Virus record (IMG/VR): IMGVR_UViG_2600255067_000001
Location: 5,011-69,010 of that record
Strand: one strand, 5' to 3'
DNA length: 64,000 nt
Origin: a virus
Each line of letters starts with the position of its first letter. Position 1 is the first letter of the stretch. Below are positions 62,831 to 64,000 of the stretch, piece by piece. The notes below the pieces were generated by a model. That model saw only the letters and a program-made list of their open reading frames with translations, made no database searches and was not told the origin of the DNA. The translations under genes were made by a program, and so were the position numbers.

Positions 62831-63285
62831 GGAAAAGCAGATGGGACAGCGGGTGAGCCGGCGGAGCGCACAACCCGGCTGCATAACCCGGCTGCACAAC
62901 CGGGCTGCAAACCGGACCGCACGACACTAATCAGCCCGTAATTCTACCGCAAGCCGTGCAGGCGACTTCCCCGCGCCAAGATCTGTCACTTTCGCCGCAC
63001 AACGGCGCTCGACACGGATTGCCGCACTGCAAAACCCCTCTCCCAGTATGTAATCTGCCTGCGTCGAAAAACGCGGTTTTTGGGGCTGAATCACCGGAAA
63101 CGCATGCTGGCATTGGTCTCCAGCATTGTTTCCCGGTCTAGAACAGTAAATTCGGATTATCGTGATTATTTTCCAATAGTAGGTGTTTACACTGAGCATC
63201 ACTGACGTAGCTCACGGGCACTACCGCACCACCCTCGGCGCCGCGTCATTCCGAAATGCAGTTGAACCTGATTGGAGTTGACACC

Positions 63286-63564
63286 ATGAAGACCAAGACC
63301 CTCGCCGCCCTGCTCGTTGCAGCCTCCGCCTCCATCGCCGCTCCGGCTTTCGCCAGCGGTTACGGCCCCGCACCGTACTACAGCCCGGCCGTCGGCGCGC
63401 CGGCTTCGCAGCAAGGCCAGAACAGCCAGACGCTCGCAGCGGAAGCCGTACAAGCCCGCTCGAACGAAACCGCCTACGGCGGCGTGTCGAGCACTTCGTC
63501 GCAAGCCGGTAGCGCCCGTTCGCTGGAACGCGGTCCGCAATCGGTCTACTTCGGCGCGCACTGA
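63286..63564 (+). CDS. Small secreted protein (host, DUF4148-like)
   Basis: Signal peptide MKTKTLAALLVAASASIAAPAFA, then a Gly/Ala/Ser/Gln-rich mature region. Confidence 0.5.
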   Translation: MKTKTLAALLVAASASIAAPAFASGYGPAPYYSPAVGAPASQQGQNSQTLAAEAVQARSNETAYGGVSSTSSQAGSARSLERGPQSVYFGAH

Positions 63565-63751
63565 TCGCCGTCGGGTCACCGCACAAAGCGTCCCCATGTT
63601 GATCGAGCCACCCGCGAACCGGGCGCCATAAGCGTCGGGGTCGCGGACACACGAAAAGGGCTGCTCGCGCAGATCGCGCGGCAGCCCTTTTCCCTTACTG
63701 ACGTAATTGCAAGCGGACAATCCCTTTCTTTTCCGCACACCCCGCGCCTGC

Positions 63752-64000
63752 CTACCACGCCTTAACGAGTTCCCGGTCGATCACGTCGCGCGCCGCCTCA
63801 AGCCCGGCCTCGGCGGCCGCGCGTTCGGTCGGCCACAGCCGGTCGATGTGTACGAGCCGCCAGTCGAGCGCAACAGCGCCGTCTTTCAGCACGCGAAAAT
63901 GCGCCTTTACGCCTGTCATGACCTGCTCGACCGCTACCTCGATGTCGTGATTCCGGTAGCGCTCGGCGTAATCGCCCATGTCGATACCTTTAGGCTCCAT
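63752..64000 (-). CDS. Hypothetical protein (host; start at window edge, may be partial)
   Basis: 82 aa ORF running to position 64000. Confidence 0.4.
   Translation of the reverse strand: MEPKGIDMGDYAERYRNHDIEVAVEQVMTGVKAHFRVLKDGAVALDWRLVHIDRLWPTERAAAEAGLEAARDVIDRELVKAW

Noticed and set aside
1-64000. CRISPR arrays, transposases/IS elements, rRNA genes
   Set aside because: No arrays of regularly spaced direct repeats, no transposase-like ORFs or terminal inverted repeats, and no rRNA-like sequence were seen. The only mobile element evident is the dusA prophage itself.

Overview
This 64 kb, high-GC (Burkholderia-like) window is almost entirely one integrated temperate phage of about 61.7 kb, with host DNA only at the edges.

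**Host left flank.** tRNA-His lies on the minus strand at 10-86, followed by dusA (tRNA-dihydrouridine synthase A) at 171-1163 on the minus strand.

**Integration.** The prophage sits in the 5' end of dusA. A tyrosine integrase at 1320-2474 lies directly upstream, and the phage supplies a replacement DusA N-terminus. The displaced original dusA 5' end survives near 62.77-62.83 kb. An 11-bp identical core, tccatcatcgg, is shared by attL (1118-1128) and attR (62773-62783).

**Late region (minus strand, about 32.0 to 3.6 kb).** It starts with an HExxH protein and a DUF2280 small-terminase-like protein. Next come the large terminase, portal, protease/scaffold and an HK97-fold capsid. A Mu-like contractile-tail module follows: sheath, tube, chaperone with an A8 frameshift site, tape measure, Mu gp43-gp48 baseplate analogues and tail fiber. 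Accessory genes follow (a GT4 glycosyltransferase and a signal-peptide outer-membrane beta-barrel), then a lysis cassette (lysozyme, holin-like, Rz-like).

**Early/accessory region (plus strand, about 32.1 to 62.6 kb).**
- Small proteins with KTSC-domain and zinc-finger motifs, a Ser/Thr phosphatase, and a HigB/HigA-like toxin-antitoxin pair.
- A minus-strand phage tRNA operon: an initiator-like tRNA-fMet plus degenerate Asn- and Thr-like tRNAs.
- A non-cleavable HTH repressor with a divergent cro-like gene, an O-like replication protein, and two orphan DNA methyltransferases (DPPY-type and C5).
- A Ref-like HNH protein, RusA, and a sigma-70 region-4-like regulator.
- An SPFH/band-7 protein, many small Cys-rich proteins, an HD-domain (RelA/SpoT-type) hydrolase and a DUF4031 protein.
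- A RecT / PD-(D/E)XK exonuclease / NinB recombination module.
- A truncated DnaN (beta-clamp domain II) homologue immediately upstream of an RtcB RNA ligase.
- An AlpA/Xis-like gene at the right end.

**Intergenic signals.** A conserved 15-bp motif, GMTAACRCRTRTGCA, recurs at least 11 times in intergenic regions, often embedded in sigma-70-like promoters. A family of 'aaaaagccgcc...ggcggcttt' terminator hairpins punctuates the structural operon.

**Host right flank.** Host DNA resumes after about 62.8 kb, with a small secreted protein and a partial minus-strand ORF.

All calls are from reading the sequence; no database searches were run. Coordinates not taken from the ORF track may be off by 1-2 nt.
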